NCBI GenBank assembly: GCA_963786955.1
Contig: CAWBAT010000002.1
Location: forward strand, 1-64,000
DNA from: an uncultured Acidimicrobiia bacterium
Lineage (GTDB): Bacteria; Acidobacteriota; Terriglobia; Versatilivoradales; Versatilivoraceae
DNA length: 64,000 nt
Reading direction: 5' to 3'
Notes under the pieces: generated by a model
Databases searched by the model: none
Told to the model about the DNA's origin: nothing
Seen by the model: the letters and a program-made list of their open reading frames with translations, nothing else
Shown here: piece by piece, positions 49,188 to 59,464 of the stretch
How the letters are laid out: every line of letters begins with the position of its first letter
Position numbering within the stretch: position 1 is the stretch's first letter
Position numbers and translations under genes: made by a program

Positions 49188-50519
49188 TTAAATATGTTTG
49201 GCGAAGACGAGTCCTTCCATTAGCTTGGGATGGAAGTGGGTCGATTTTTGGGGAAGGACATCTCCTGCTTCAACGACCGCTTTCACCATTTCGACTGGCG
49301 TCGGGTTTAAGAGAAAAGCGCACTGGTAACCCTTCTTATCGACCATCCTGACGGCTTCTTCGTGCTGGCTCGCGTACTCCAGGTGGCTCTGATCAGTGAG
49401 TTGCTGATCCGTTATTCCGAGCAGTCCCCCCAAGATCATGACCTGAAGAATCGAGACATCGAGCTTCCTCCAGGTTTCACTCTTATCTGCAGGCCATTGG
49501 ACGCGTTCGAGTCCGCTTGCCCTGAGTTTAAGCAATAAAAACCGACGCAGGGAAGGCAAGTAGACGACTAAAGCGTTCGCTCCAGCGTGTTGCTGTTTGT
49601 GGGAGAGCGCGACGATGAAGTCAAGGGTGGATATCTGATTGTCGGGGCCGTAGGGATATTCTTCAACGACGAAGGAATCTCTAAGACGTTCAATCAAACT
49701 CGCTGGGCTGAAACCTTTCAAGCTATGAACCAAACGGTGAATGGGGAAAATGGTGATGCCGGCGGATTCGAGTCGCACAAAGCTCATGATCTTGTATCGG
49801 TACTTTTCCCAGCGCGGATCTTGGGCGATTCGCGGTTTGACCTCTTCCTGGAACATCTGAGCGACTTCATAACGGTGATGACCGTCTGCGATAATGACGC
49901 TCTTGTTCGACATCATCTCCTGGATTTTTCCGGTTAGAGCAGTGTCCGTTATCCGCCAGAGTTGATTGACCTCCTCGTTCAGGTCCAGAGCACTCATGAG
50001 GGGCGCACTGGACGTAGCTTGATCTAACAGATTCTCAACTTCTCCGGCAGGGTCGCTGTATAACATGAAGACCAGTCCCGTATCGGCAAGGGTTGCCCGC
50101 AGCAGATTCAAGCGATCTTGCTTAGGCTTTGCCAATGTTCTTTCATGAGGGAGCACAATTCGCTCAGAATAGTCCGTGACCTCTCCTAATGCAAGGAAGC
50201 CCTTGCGGCACCGTTCTTCGCCTTCGACGAGATAGTTTTGGAAATAGGGATAAAAACCGGGGACGTGATCTTGTAAGAAGATTCCATCCCGAATCCATTG
50301 ATCTAGGACAGCCTGGGAACGAGTGTATCGATTATCCTTCTCAGAATCGGAAGAGGTTTCCTTATTCATAATGATCCGCGCAATATTGTAAGGATGGCGA
50401 TTGTACAGGCGATCATCCATCCCCTCCTTGTACTGATCATAGGGAGGAGAGATCACCTCATCAAGCGATTGGATCTTTGAAGAGTTAAAGCGGTAACCGC
50501 AAAACGGGATAATTTTCAT
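49188..50519 (-). CDS. DUF1015 family protein
   Basis: SPPYD, LPHERT, IADGHHRYE and PQKSTHFHPKL. Confidence 0.92.
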   Translation of the reverse strand: MKIIPFCGYRFNSSKIQSLDEVISPPYDQYKEGMDDRLYNRHPYNIARIIMNKETSSDSEKDNRYTRSQAVLDQWIRDGIFLQDHVPGFYPYFQNYLVEGEERCRKGFLALGEVTDYSERIVLPHERTLAKPKQDRLNLLRATLADTGLVFMLYSDPAGEVENLLDQATSSAPLMSALDLNEEVNQLWRITDTALTGKIQEMMSNKSVIIADGHHRYEVAQMFQEEVKPRIAQDPRWEKYRYKIMSFVRLESAGITIFPIHRLVHSLKGFSPASLIERLRDSFVVEEYPYGPDNQISTLDFIVALSHKQQHAGANALVVYLPSLRRFLLLKLRASGLERVQWPADKSETWRKLDVSILQVMILGGLLGITDQQLTDQSHLEYASQHEEAVRMVDKKGYQCAFLLNPTPVEMVKAVVEAGDVLPQKSTHFHPKLMEGLVFAKHI

Positions 50520-50825
50520 TGAATCACTCGGGAATTGGATTTGGATAAAAGGGGCAAAGATCCGGGATTCTTCAGTTGAATCAAACGTGGCTTTTATGAT
50601 TTTGAACTTTTCTCTATCATTGTAACTCTACTTCGATGGGTCCTTGGTGCAGCACCGGTATCACCGCAGAGTCAAGCGAGAGTAACGAATCTAAGAGTTG
50701 ATGTCAACGGAGGCAAATCGCCAACAGTAGGTTAGTTTCCCAAAACGGCGTAACTCGAGGGCAATCCCGAGATGTGCCGCCGAATCGCGGTTGGGTTATA
50801 GCCTTGACAACAGGAGAATCGTCTC

Positions 50826-53075
50826 ATGCAAACCAAAAACCTTCATTTGACTGTCCATCCACCCAAGCATTCCTTCAATCGTCGTTTGTTCTTGAAGCTG
50901 GGAACTTTCGGCACTGCATTGCCTGTTGCCATGTCCAGGTCAGGACATTCAGCCGCGGCAAAGGGGCAATTGCTGCCTGAGATTCCGAAGCTTGCCGATC
51001 TTGCCAGCGACCGCTTGGTACACCACCATCGAGACTTGTTCAGTCCTCCGGCAGTCCAGAATGAATGGGGTTATCTTCAGTCCATTCGCTCAGTTTCCGG
51101 GATCACCGCAATCTCATTTCCTCCATTTGCTTGTTGCGGTGTTCCAGAAATACCTTTTAGTCCTGGAAACCTTGTCACCTGCGAACTGTTTTTAGATGGC
51201 CGCATTCTAAACTCCTATCCTCCCCCGGCGGGAATGGTGGCCTACACCTGGTATCCCCACCGGGTTGTGCGCGAGACCACAGTCCAAGGCCTCCGATTCA
51301 AGACTCAGACCTATATGCCAACCAAGCAGCGTGCGGTCGGCCAACTTCTTGAGATCAAGAATGAGAGTGGTCAGCGAAAATCAGTGGTCCTCGGCTACGA
51401 CCTGCGCGCCGGTGTCACCGTCAAGCGTGACAAACCATGGTTTGTCAATTCTCCAGCCGAGGCGGATAACAAACTGACTCCCAGCGAGTCCCATGGCTGC
51501 CTTATATTTGAAGCGCAGCAAAGCAAAGCGGTTTCTATCCAGGGGGTTACTCCGCGGCCAAGTCAGATTGAGCACAGTCGCATGCTCGTCTACGAATTGA
51601 CCCTGAATCCCGGTGAGACGCGCACGTTTCATTACTTGAATCTTATTGGCGAAGACACAGTCAAGTTACTCGACTCCTACGATCAACAACAGGCTGGTTT
51701 TGAGCACCTTGTGAAAGGGAATGAAGAGCGCTTCACGGAAATTCTGCGGTCAGCGTTCACACCTGGGAATTCGGAATTCTCGGGTCACTTGCCACGACTT
51801 ATGACCAACGATAAGTCTCTCTGGAAACTCTATTACGCAGGTTTTACCAGTCTCCTGATTACTCGCCGGGATTCGCCTGAATGCCTCTATGGCCCCACGT
51901 ACCTGACTATTCCGCGCTTTACACCGACGCTGAGTTTCATCTGGGACGCCATGCTGACCTCGCTCAGCATCGCCCTGCTTGACCCCCAGGCACTGCGCCG
52001 GCTGATTGAGAACTGGCTCGTGCAGGACATGCACCAGCACCTAGCTACGGATTTCCTTACCGGGAAGGGTGTAGGTCCCTGGTACGCGGTGAACGACATG
52101 GGGATCCTCAGGTGTTCTGAAAACTATTTGCGTGTAACCGGAGATTTTGGCTGGCTCGACAAATTGGTCCAGGGGAAACCCGTGCTTGATTATCTTGTTG
52201 AGCATGCCCTCTATTGGAAGAAGCTTGACAAGCTCGGCCGAGGATTGGCTGACTACGGCAAGCTCGATAACGTCCTCGAAGTTGTCAGCACTTGGATTCA
52301 CGAAGTTCCGGCAATGAATTCTGGAAATGTCTATGGGATGAGGTTTGTAGCTTCCATGCTGGAGAAGCGCGGGGATTCCCGAGCGGTCCAGTTAAAGGCG
52401 GAGGCTAAAGATTTGGCGGCAAGAATCAACCGACTGCTCTATGTCGACGGCAAAGGTTGGTGGAGATGCGGCCAGCCGGATGGGACGTATAATGAAGTCC
52501 GTCATTGCTACGACCTGCTCACATTGCTGGATACGATGTCTTCGGATCTCAGCAAAAAGCAGAAGGAAGAAATGAGTCGATTCTTTTGGAATGAATTGTA
52601 CACGCCGCTATGGATGCACGCGCTCTCACCTTATGATGTGGACGCTACCTGGAATTTGCGTGCCGACCACAGCTGGCTGGGGGCCTATGCGGCCTGGCCT
52701 TCTATGACCGCCAAAGGGCTCTATAAGGTCGACCCAGCAGCAAAGGTGTCGGCCTGGGTCAAAGGTCTGGCGAAGACGATGAATCAAGGACCCATCGGCC
52801 AGGCTCATATTGTCGAGACTGTGTTTCCGCCAGAAAATGGGGGGGCCTTCAAATGCCCGATTGAACAGCCTTATGGAAACGATTGGTGCATTGTCTCGGG
52901 AGGAAGCTTTACAGATCTGGTCATCGATTCGATTTTCGGTGCGGACTTGAGCTTGTATGACGGGATCCGTATCCAATCCCGACTGACGGAGTTTGACTCG
53001 AATGCAAAGCTCATGAAGGTTCATTACCAGGGTAAAGGCTATACCATTGGGCGCAATGGAGCCGTGCCGGAATGA
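50826..53075 (+). CDS. Tat-exported glycoside-hydrolase-like protein (putative six-hairpin barrel)
   Basis: NRRLFLK Tat motif, LWKLYY, SFIWD and helical repeats. AGGAG RBS. Confidence 0.6.
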   Translation: MQTKNLHLTVHPPKHSFNRRLFLKLGTFGTALPVAMSRSGHSAAAKGQLLPEIPKLADLASDRLVHHHRDLFSPPAVQNEWGYLQSIRSVSGITAISFPPFACCGVPEIPFSPGNLVTCELFLDGRILNSYPPPAGMVAYTWYPHRVVRETTVQGLRFKTQTYMPTKQRAVGQLLEIKNESGQRKSVVLGYDLRAGVTVKRDKPWFVNSPAEADNKLTPSESHGCLIFEAQQSKAVSIQGVTPRPSQIEHSRMLVYELTLNPGETRTFHYLNLIGEDTVKLLDSYDQQQAGFEHLVKGNEERFTEILRSAFTPGNSEFSGHLPRLMTNDKSLWKLYYAGFTSLLITRRDSPECLYGPTYLTIPRFTPTLSFIWDAMLTSLSIALLDPQALRRLIENWLVQDMHQHLATDFLTGKGVGPWYAVNDMGILRCSENYLRVTGDFGWLDKLVQGKPVLDYLVEHALYWKKLDKLGRGLADYGKLDNVLEVVSTWIHEVPAMNSGNVYGMRFVASMLEKRGDSRAVQLKAEAKDLAARINRLLYVDGKGWWRCGQPDGTYNEVRHCYDLLTLLDTMSSDLSKKQKEEMSRFFWNELYTPLWMHALSPYDVDATWNLRADHSWLGAYAAWPSMTAKGLYKVDPAAKVSAWVKGLAKTMNQGPIGQAHIVETVFPPENGGAFKCPIEQPYGNDWCIVSGGSFTDLVIDSIFGADLSLYDGIRIQSRLTEFDSNAKLMKVHYQGKGYTIGRNGAVPE

Positions 53076-53279
53076 TACGGCAACCCAATTGTGGGCAGCA
53101 CGCTCGTCAGTTTCCGATAAAGACGTTTCCCGGGCGGCATCCTTGAAAAATATTCAGTGAAAAGGCGAAATAGATCTTGCCGATTTTCCGTTTTGACGAT
53201 CACCTGACGCCTTCGCTGACTTTATGGGAACGCCGTGAATACCTAAGAACGAGTTTTAGGTACACGAAATCCAAGGATG

Positions 53280-54281
53280 CTATCGGCCGTGCCGTTGGCC
53301 CTTTTGAGAGAGCGGGGCATTTATTGCCTTACGCTTGCGACGGAATTGCGCCGGAGGACAATGATACTCCCGCTTGAACGCCCGGTTGAATCCCGCTTCC
53401 GAGCCATAGCCTACCGCCGCAGCGACTTCCGCAATGCTGCTCTCGGTCGACTGAAGAATCTCCGCCCCCAATTTCAGCCGCCATTGGGCCAAGTAAGCCA
53501 TCGGGGGCTCTCCTAGAAAATGACGGAAGCGCTCAGCCAGCCGCGTTCTGGATAAACCGACTTGTCTTGCTAATGTCGCGACCGTCCATGGATGGGCGGG
53601 CTCCTTGTGCAGAAGAGCAAGAGCTTGGCCGATGATGGGGTCACGGGCGCCCGCGAGCCAGCCGATCTGGTTGGGAGGCAGCGCGTTGATGTAGCGTCGG
53701 AGGGTCTCCACGAACAGTACTTCAGAAAGTTTAGCGAGTACCAACCCGCTGCCCGCGTTCGATCCGATCGCCGCATCCACCGTGAATCGGATTGAGTTTT
53801 CGAGCCATTGGCCTGACGGCTCTTTAGCAAGATGCAGTTTTAGCATCTTCGGTAGGCCAGCCAGAAAGACCTCGCTCAGTCGTGGCTCACACGCCATATA
53901 TCCGCAAACGAATCGGGTGATCTCGCCGCCCCCTCCAAAACGGGCGAGTTTGAGTCCCTGGGTCAGGTTTTTCGCAAAAGCGTGCAAGGAGTCCACCGGC
54001 TTTTCAGGCATGCCGTTGCCCAAACGGTGGGGGTCGCCGTGCGGGAAAATGACGATGTCGCCGGCGATCAACTCTTCCCGTCGTCCATTTGGGAGCTTGG
54101 CATAGGCACGCCCTTCAGTTAAGAAGTGGTAAATGATTATGTGCCCCGCTCCGGGGGAAAGATAGGGCGCTTTGGCGGTTGATGGGGGTTCGCTGATACA
54201 CCAGGGAGCAGAAAACTCCGCGTTGAAAAACAGCGCCCCCTCCAGTCTAACGACTCTCAAAACCTCGGAAAGCACATCCAT
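53280..54281 (-). CDS. AraC family regulator with cupin domain (RclR-like)
   Basis: MDVLSEVL, GWLAGARDP, YLAQWRL and GYGSEAGFNRAFKR. Confidence 0.92.
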   Translation of the reverse strand: MDVLSEVLRVVRLEGALFFNAEFSAPWCISEPPSTAKAPYLSPGAGHIIIYHFLTEGRAYAKLPNGRREELIAGDIVIFPHGDPHRLGNGMPEKPVDSLHAFAKNLTQGLKLARFGGGGEITRFVCGYMACEPRLSEVFLAGLPKMLKLHLAKEPSGQWLENSIRFTVDAAIGSNAGSGLVLAKLSEVLFVETLRRYINALPPNQIGWLAGARDPIIGQALALLHKEPAHPWTVATLARQVGLSRTRLAERFRHFLGEPPMAYLAQWRLKLGAEILQSTESSIAEVAAAVGYGSEAGFNRAFKREYHCPPAQFRRKRKAINAPLSQKGQRHGR

Positions 54282-54301
54282 TTTAATAGCTTCACCGAAC
54301 T

Positions 54302-54345
54302 GGGCGTTTGTGTCAAGAATCCGGTACGACCGATCAAGTATCAAG
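54302..54345. promoter_or_regulatory. Putative tandem AraC operator half-sites
   Basis: TCAAGaAT (54313) and TCAAGtAT (54334) repeat at 21-bp spacing between the divergent araC and methyltransferase genes. Confidence 0.45.
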
Positions 54346-54420
54346 ATCCTATTGGCCGTATAGTAGAACTGGATCGCGAAGTGTGCGGGCCACCAACAAC
54401 TCAAATAGGAGACAACCAGC

Positions 54421-55293
54421 ATGAATGCGATTGCGAGAGAGACACAAAGCACCAATGAATTCGACAAACTTAAGATTCGCCTGAGGAAGACATGGATGAC
54501 TGGAGACTACGACCTTTTCTCCCGCTTTATGGAGAAAGGCGCGGAGCTTTTTTTCCGGCGGCTCGGCGTCACACCAGGATCCCGGCTGCTCGATGTCGGA
54601 TGCGGCGCCGGGCAACTTGCCCTGATTGCGGCGCGGGCGGGCGCACAGGTTATAGGTTGCGACATTTCCAGTAACTGGCTCGAGAAAGCCCGTGCTCGCG
54701 CGGCGGCCGAGGGACTTGAAATCGCCTTTGAAGAAGGCGATGCCGAATCGCTGCCGTATCAAGATGCTCAGTTTGATGCCGTCATCAGTTTAATCGGAGC
54801 GATGTTTGCGCCTCGCCCGGATCTGGTCGCGGCCGAACTCACGCGCGTGTGCCGACCAGGGGGCATGATTGCCATGGGAAATTGGACACCCGGTGGGTTC
54901 GTCGGGAAAATGTTCAAAACGATTTCCAAGCATATCGCTCCCTCCGGCATGCCCGCACCCGTGCTGTGGGGGGATGAAACCACCGTTCGTGGTCGTTTTC
55001 GTGAAGGAATAGCTGATCTGAAGTGTGCACTTAATGTGTATCACTTTAACTATCCGTTCCCACCGGATGCGGTTGTGGAATTCTACCGGACCAACTATGG
55101 CCCAATGTCGCGCGCCTTCGCCTCTCTAGACGAGGCCGGGCAGGAGAAACTGCGGAGCGATCTGGTTCACCTATGGTCCTCACATAACTACTCCGATGAC
55201 CATGCGACCAAGGTTGAGGCAGAATACCTTGAAGTAATTGCAACGCGAGACTGGGGTACACTGGACGTGACACAGACCACCGCTACTGAATAA
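54421..55293 (+). CDS. Class I SAM-dependent methyltransferase
   Basis: LLDVGCGAG, GDAESLPY and GAMFAPRP. Confidence 0.92.
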   Translation: MNAIARETQSTNEFDKLKIRLRKTWMTGDYDLFSRFMEKGAELFFRRLGVTPGSRLLDVGCGAGQLALIAARAGAQVIGCDISSNWLEKARARAAAEGLEIAFEEGDAESLPYQDAQFDAVISLIGAMFAPRPDLVAAELTRVCRPGGMIAMGNWTPGGFVGKMFKTISKHIAPSGMPAPVLWGDETTVRGRFREGIADLKCALNVYHFNYPFPPDAVVEFYRTNYGPMSRAFASLDEAGQEKLRSDLVHLWSSHNYSDDHATKVEAEYLEVIATRDWGTLDVTQTTATE

Positions 55294-55664
55294 ATGGAAG
55301 GCCACCTTGGAGCGGCGAGTCGTTGTGATGACTCACTGCTTGATCGCATCTAGGAAGGCACTGCCGGCGAGGCCGCTTTTGTTGAAATGCTCTCGGAATC
55401 GGAGTGGTATGAGCCCGTGTCCGCAACAGACAGCCGATCGGTTGGCGTCGTCGTGCGCCATGGTCCCGATTGAGATTGATCTCGCGCGAAAAGTGGTCAA
55501 CGGCAAGGCCGTGACGGGTGTTACGCGGGAAGCCGTGGTCGAGATAAATTCCAAGCATGCTGATGGCGGGGGACGGACCAAACGAAGCTGCCGATTAGGT
55601 TTGCGTTAGTGTGAAAATTTGGCTCATTTATTGGTCTAGAAACATTTTTTTGGCCCTGAACTAA

Positions 55665-55808
55665 GTGCTTCTTTTCGTGATTACAGTGACGGGTCTGAGG
55701 ATAGGCGCCGCGTGGGCTTGGGGCTTTTAGAAAGCCCCAAGCCTAAAAAAGTTGTAGGTCGGGTCACCGACCCGGCGTTACCGTCACCGTATTTATGAAT
55801 AGCAGTAC
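55665..55808. mobile_element. MITE copy 2 (inverted relative to copy 1)
   Basis: Matches the reverse complement of 31945-32071 at both ends and in the GTAGGTCGGGTCACCGACCCGGCG core. Bounded by CTAAG and CTCAG. Confidence 0.75.
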
Positions 55809-55903
55809 TCAGGCCGGTAGCACAACATGGCCAGAGCACACTTCTGCATCGCTTACCCTGTGTCCGCGCTTTGTTGCTGGAAAGATTTGACAGAAATATC
55901 TGA

Positions 55904-58900
55904 TCACTGAGCGTATGCGATTCGCCTCAGTAAGTCGTCGAAATTGGATGGACGTTCAGCCTTCTGCTTCCTAGCCAACTCCGCGGCATAATTGATCATG
56001 TTGAGCAAGAGACGGTCCGCCACTGGATTCACTTCGAGGTTCTCCAGGATTTTGCAAGTATTCAGGATAAATCGTCCCTCCCCTAGTGGATAAGAGGCGA
56101 TCAGGAGTCCTGAGGCGTATCCACCCGGAATGGGATAACCTACAGCGAATGCCGCGGCGGCAATATCATCCGGCGTCTCTTGCCCTTCAAATAGGTATTC
56201 CGGAACAACACTTCCGCAGTAGTCTCCGTCCATGATTCCCTTAATTGGTAAGCCATCAAAAATGGGGTGAGGCTTAGCCACACATTCTTTGTGATAGAGC
56301 CAATCATTAAATCGATAGACTCTCCCTTTCTTTTCTAGCGGCAGCCAGCCCACCGGATCCTGGTCTCTCTGGAAGGCTTGTGGCGAAAGAAAAATGGCAA
56401 CGCCTCCCAAGGCGATTTGTCGTGCCAATTCCTGCCATCGATTCGAGTCCTTTTCTGTTCTATTCCCGACCACAATCAAAGGGTTGTTCTGTTTGGCGGA
56501 ATCGTTGAACGGCTCGCAATGAACACCGTGCGACTCAAGCCATCCTCTTGTCTTTTCTTCAATCCCCCACAGCTGCACGGTTTGGCCGGGTCGTGGGAGC
56601 GCAGCGGCATCCGAAACATAAAACTTCAGACTTCTGCCAAATGGACCGCCCCCGTGCTCCAAATTCGCAGTGAAGGTGTAGGCTCCCGAAGGGCCACTCA
56701 ATCGAGCTTCTTCAGTAAGTACGGGCACTGCGAATGGAGCATACTCACCTGCAGGGGCTTTACGAATTATTGCGCTCGTTTCTTGCTCCCAGACGATTCC
56801 TGCTGGCCCCATGACTCGGAAACGTGCCGGGTATTCACCATGTCTTAGCACGTCCTCGTTAGCCAGTACAGCCTCTAATCTGATTGGGCGGCCTGCATAG
56901 ACATGCATTGGCTCAGCAAACAGACACCAACGCAACGGGGCCCACCCATCCTGCAGGGCTTCCATAATCGCGGGCTTCCACTCTCGCCAAAAGGTCCAAG
57001 GTCCTTCACCAGTCAATGCATGATCTAACATCCCGGTCAAATTGTAGCCGCAAATATTAGGATTAGAGCGGATGACGTCAAAACCTAATCGCCTTTGACG
57101 AGCCATCAGACGCTGACTATCGAGAAGCATGTCTTCAGGAAAAGGATAGACACCCTCCATCCCGTAGCGGCTCCAATCGGATGCCAGTCTCTCAGCCATC
57201 GATTGCATCAAGGCGAAATCTTCAAGTTCTGGATTCGCTTTGACTTGTTCGTACAGGCGTGTTTCACGAATGGCATTTAGCAGACTCCCGATGCCGTACT
57301 CAGAAAGGAAAACCGGTTTTGTTCCCTGGCCGAGTGTTCGAATGAATTGAGATACCGCTTGAGTTTGCGGCAAGCCATAGAAGGGATAGACGTGCGCATC
57401 TCCTGCGCCTTCGACATAGCCGCCGATGACGGCTCCAAGACTTTCGAGCATCCAGTCCTTCCCAGGTTTTGGACCAGGCGCCGCCCCCGGCGCTTCCTTG
57501 CCCCAAACGTGTTCCCATTCAGAACTACCGGGATTGCTGATGGAGCCTATTCCCGGATGATTGTCCCATCGCCCACTGGACAGTAATACTAGTCGCGTTT
57601 CGTCCAGATTACGGACGAGAGGAAGAATGGATACCGCATGCTGGAAGATAGGGCCGTCAAACGTCTCATTGAGTACTCCCCAAATGGTCAGGCTGGGGTG
57701 ATTGCGATCACGAAGAATCATCTCTTTCAAAGAGCGGTCAAAACGCTCCCCCATTTGGGGAGAATCAGCTAATAGCCAGGCGGCTAGACTCTCCTCATAA
57801 ACCATCAACCCTATTTCATCACACAGGTCCAATTGGTATGGAAAAGCCAAGCCGGAAATGAAACGGACCATGTTAAAGCCTGACGCCTTCGCATAAAGAA
57901 GGTCGCGCCGTAACAAGTCCGGAGCTTGACGGGGTGCCAGCATCATCCCGATTGGGACATGATTCCCGGTATGGGTACTACGCACAAATAGTCGTTTTCC
58001 GTTCAGTTGGAAATACCCGTTGACGACCCGAAACTCTCTGAAGCCGCAACGAACCGATGTTTCGTGTGAACTTTGCGATCCTTCTGTCTGAACCTTCACT
58101 TTTACCAGATACAGGTAAGGGTCGTCGAGCTCCCAAAGACGAGGACTTTCAACCATCAACTGCGACTCGATTAGGCTATCCCCACTGGGCAGATCACTTT
58201 CGACCTCGGCTACAGAAATTGCTTCTCCGGTTGCGGAAGCGGCCACGGTAAAACCCAGACGAGCCCTCGAGGATTTCTGCAAACGATTCCGTACATTGAT
58301 CCGAATGTGCACGAGTCCTGTCTTTATATCCGGCAGCACATGTAAATTTTCACCCCAGATCCCCGGGACCATTATGAGTTCCACGGTGTCTACGATCCCC
58401 CCGGAATTAAATGAGTTTCCGGGAACGTATTTCATACTTTTGTTGCGGTGCGGGGTCTCATCCAAAGCGATCCCATCAATCCGCGCATCGCTCGGATTCA
58501 GCACGCGAACCACCAGCACGTTCGATTCATTGGGCTTGATGGCATCCGTCACATCTAGAACGAAAGGCGTGTCTGCGCCTTCATGGCCACCCATATGGAG
58601 TCCGTTGAGCCAGACATTGGCAAGATAATCCACAGCTCCGAAACGTAGCAGGTGGCGTCCTTCTGAGTACGGGTTCAGTGGAGCAGAGAAATTGCGGCCG
58701 TACCACACCACTCCATGATAGCCCGGAAATACCTCTTGAATGACGCTTGGGACGCGCGCCAGCTTTGCTTCCGGCAACGGCCCTTTAAACCATTCCTCAG
58801 TTCGTCCTACATTTTTGGGATCAATGGATAGCGACCACTCCCCATCCAGTGAAACCAGCATTCCCGTAATGGATCTCTCCCCAAGCCCTATCCCAGTAAC

Positions 58901-59032
58901 TGATTTCTGTTGACTGCTAGTTTTCATGGCTTGTTCAGAGGCAGTCAACATATCGTCAACCGATAGCGCGCTTCGCACGGTTAGAGCCATGCTAAGCTGG
59001 GTAGTGTTTTTGAGGAAACGTCGCCGATCCAT
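55904..59032 (-). CDS. Tat-exported glycoside hydrolase family 2
   Basis: MDRRRFLK, LRFGAVDY, GGHEG..TPF, DLCDEIGLMVYEE, RDRNHPSL.IW..LNE and FLSEYG. Confidence 0.88.
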   Translation of the reverse strand: MDRRRFLKNTTQLSMALTVRSALSVDDMLTASEQAMKTSSQQKSVTGIGLGERSITGMLVSLDGEWSLSIDPKNVGRTEEWFKGPLPEAKLARVPSVIQEVFPGYHGVVWYGRNFSAPLNPYSEGRHLLRFGAVDYLANVWLNGLHMGGHEGADTPFVLDVTDAIKPNESNVLVVRVLNPSDARIDGIALDETPHRNKSMKYVPGNSFNSGGIVDTVELIMVPGIWGENLHVLPDIKTGLVHIRINVRNRLQKSSRARLGFTVAASATGEAISVAEVESDLPSGDSLIESQLMVESPRLWELDDPYLYLVKVKVQTEGSQSSHETSVRCGFREFRVVNGYFQLNGKRLFVRSTHTGNHVPIGMMLAPRQAPDLLRRDLLYAKASGFNMVRFISGLAFPYQLDLCDEIGLMVYEESLAAWLLADSPQMGERFDRSLKEMILRDRNHPSLTIWGVLNETFDGPIFQHAVSILPLVRNLDETRLVLLSSGRWDNHPGIGSISNPGSSEWEHVWGKEAPGAAPGPKPGKDWMLESLGAVIGGYVEGAGDAHVYPFYGLPQTQAVSQFIRTLGQGTKPVFLSEYGIGSLLNAIRETRLYEQVKANPELEDFALMQSMAERLASDWSRYGMEGVYPFPEDMLLDSQRLMARQRRLGFDVIRSNPNICGYNLTGMLDHALTGEGPWTFWREWKPAIMEALQDGWAPLRWCLFAEPMHVYAGRPIRLEAVLANEDVLRHGEYPARFRVMGPAGIVWEQETSAIIRKAPAGEYAPFAVPVLTEEARLSGPSGAYTFTANLEHGGGPFGRSLKFYVSDAAALPRPGQTVQLWGIEEKTRGWLESHGVHCEPFNDSAKQNNPLIVVGNRTEKDSNRWQELARQIALGGVAIFLSPQAFQRDQDPVGWLPLEKKGRVYRFNDWLYHKECVAKPHPIFDGLPIKGIMDGDYCGSVVPEYLFEGQETPDDIAAAAFAVGYPIPGGYASGLLIASYPLGEGRFILNTCKILENLEVNPVADRLLLNMINYAAELARKQKAERPSNFDDLLRRIAYAQ

Positions 59033-59116
59033 GAAGATTCTCCTTAGAGGGTGGGCTTTAACCAACAAGAAAGCCAAGAATCTCGATCTGTTTGATTCAT
59101 CAATTCCGGGTTGCGG

Positions 59117-59280
59117 CCGCTCGCAAAGCCCGTTTGTTTGGGGTGAGCAGAAGGAAGTTCGGAGGAGTTTTGCTCTCATCGCTCGCACCGCAACATCGAG
59201 CTCCTCAGACTAGATACTATCCCGATCATGAATCAGAAAGCGATAGTCTTGACGGTTGTCAATGACCTCGCGAAACGGCT
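59117..59280 (-). mobile_element. Integrase-core transposase remnant
   Basis: YRFLIHDRDSI*SEELDVAVRAMRAKLLRTSFCSPQTNGLCER contains HDRD and P..N..CER motifs with an in-frame stop. Confidence 0.75.
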
Positions 59281-59464
59281 GCGAGGTGTCGTTTATCGAG
59301 GAGGCAAAAGGGTGCAAGGAGCGGGAAAAAGTAAGGGTTATCATGTGAGCACAGTCCCTTATGAGAGCTGTGAATTCAATAGTTTAGCGGACACGGATGA
59401 TTTTTGCGTAAGACAGGCGGCAGGCCAGACCGACAAGGATAGTGAACCCATTGGAGGTAATGCA

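Noticed and set aside
55283-55609. Short overlapping ORFs after the methyltransferase
   Set aside because: No RBS or family motif in any frame; possibly a decayed fragment but not supportable.
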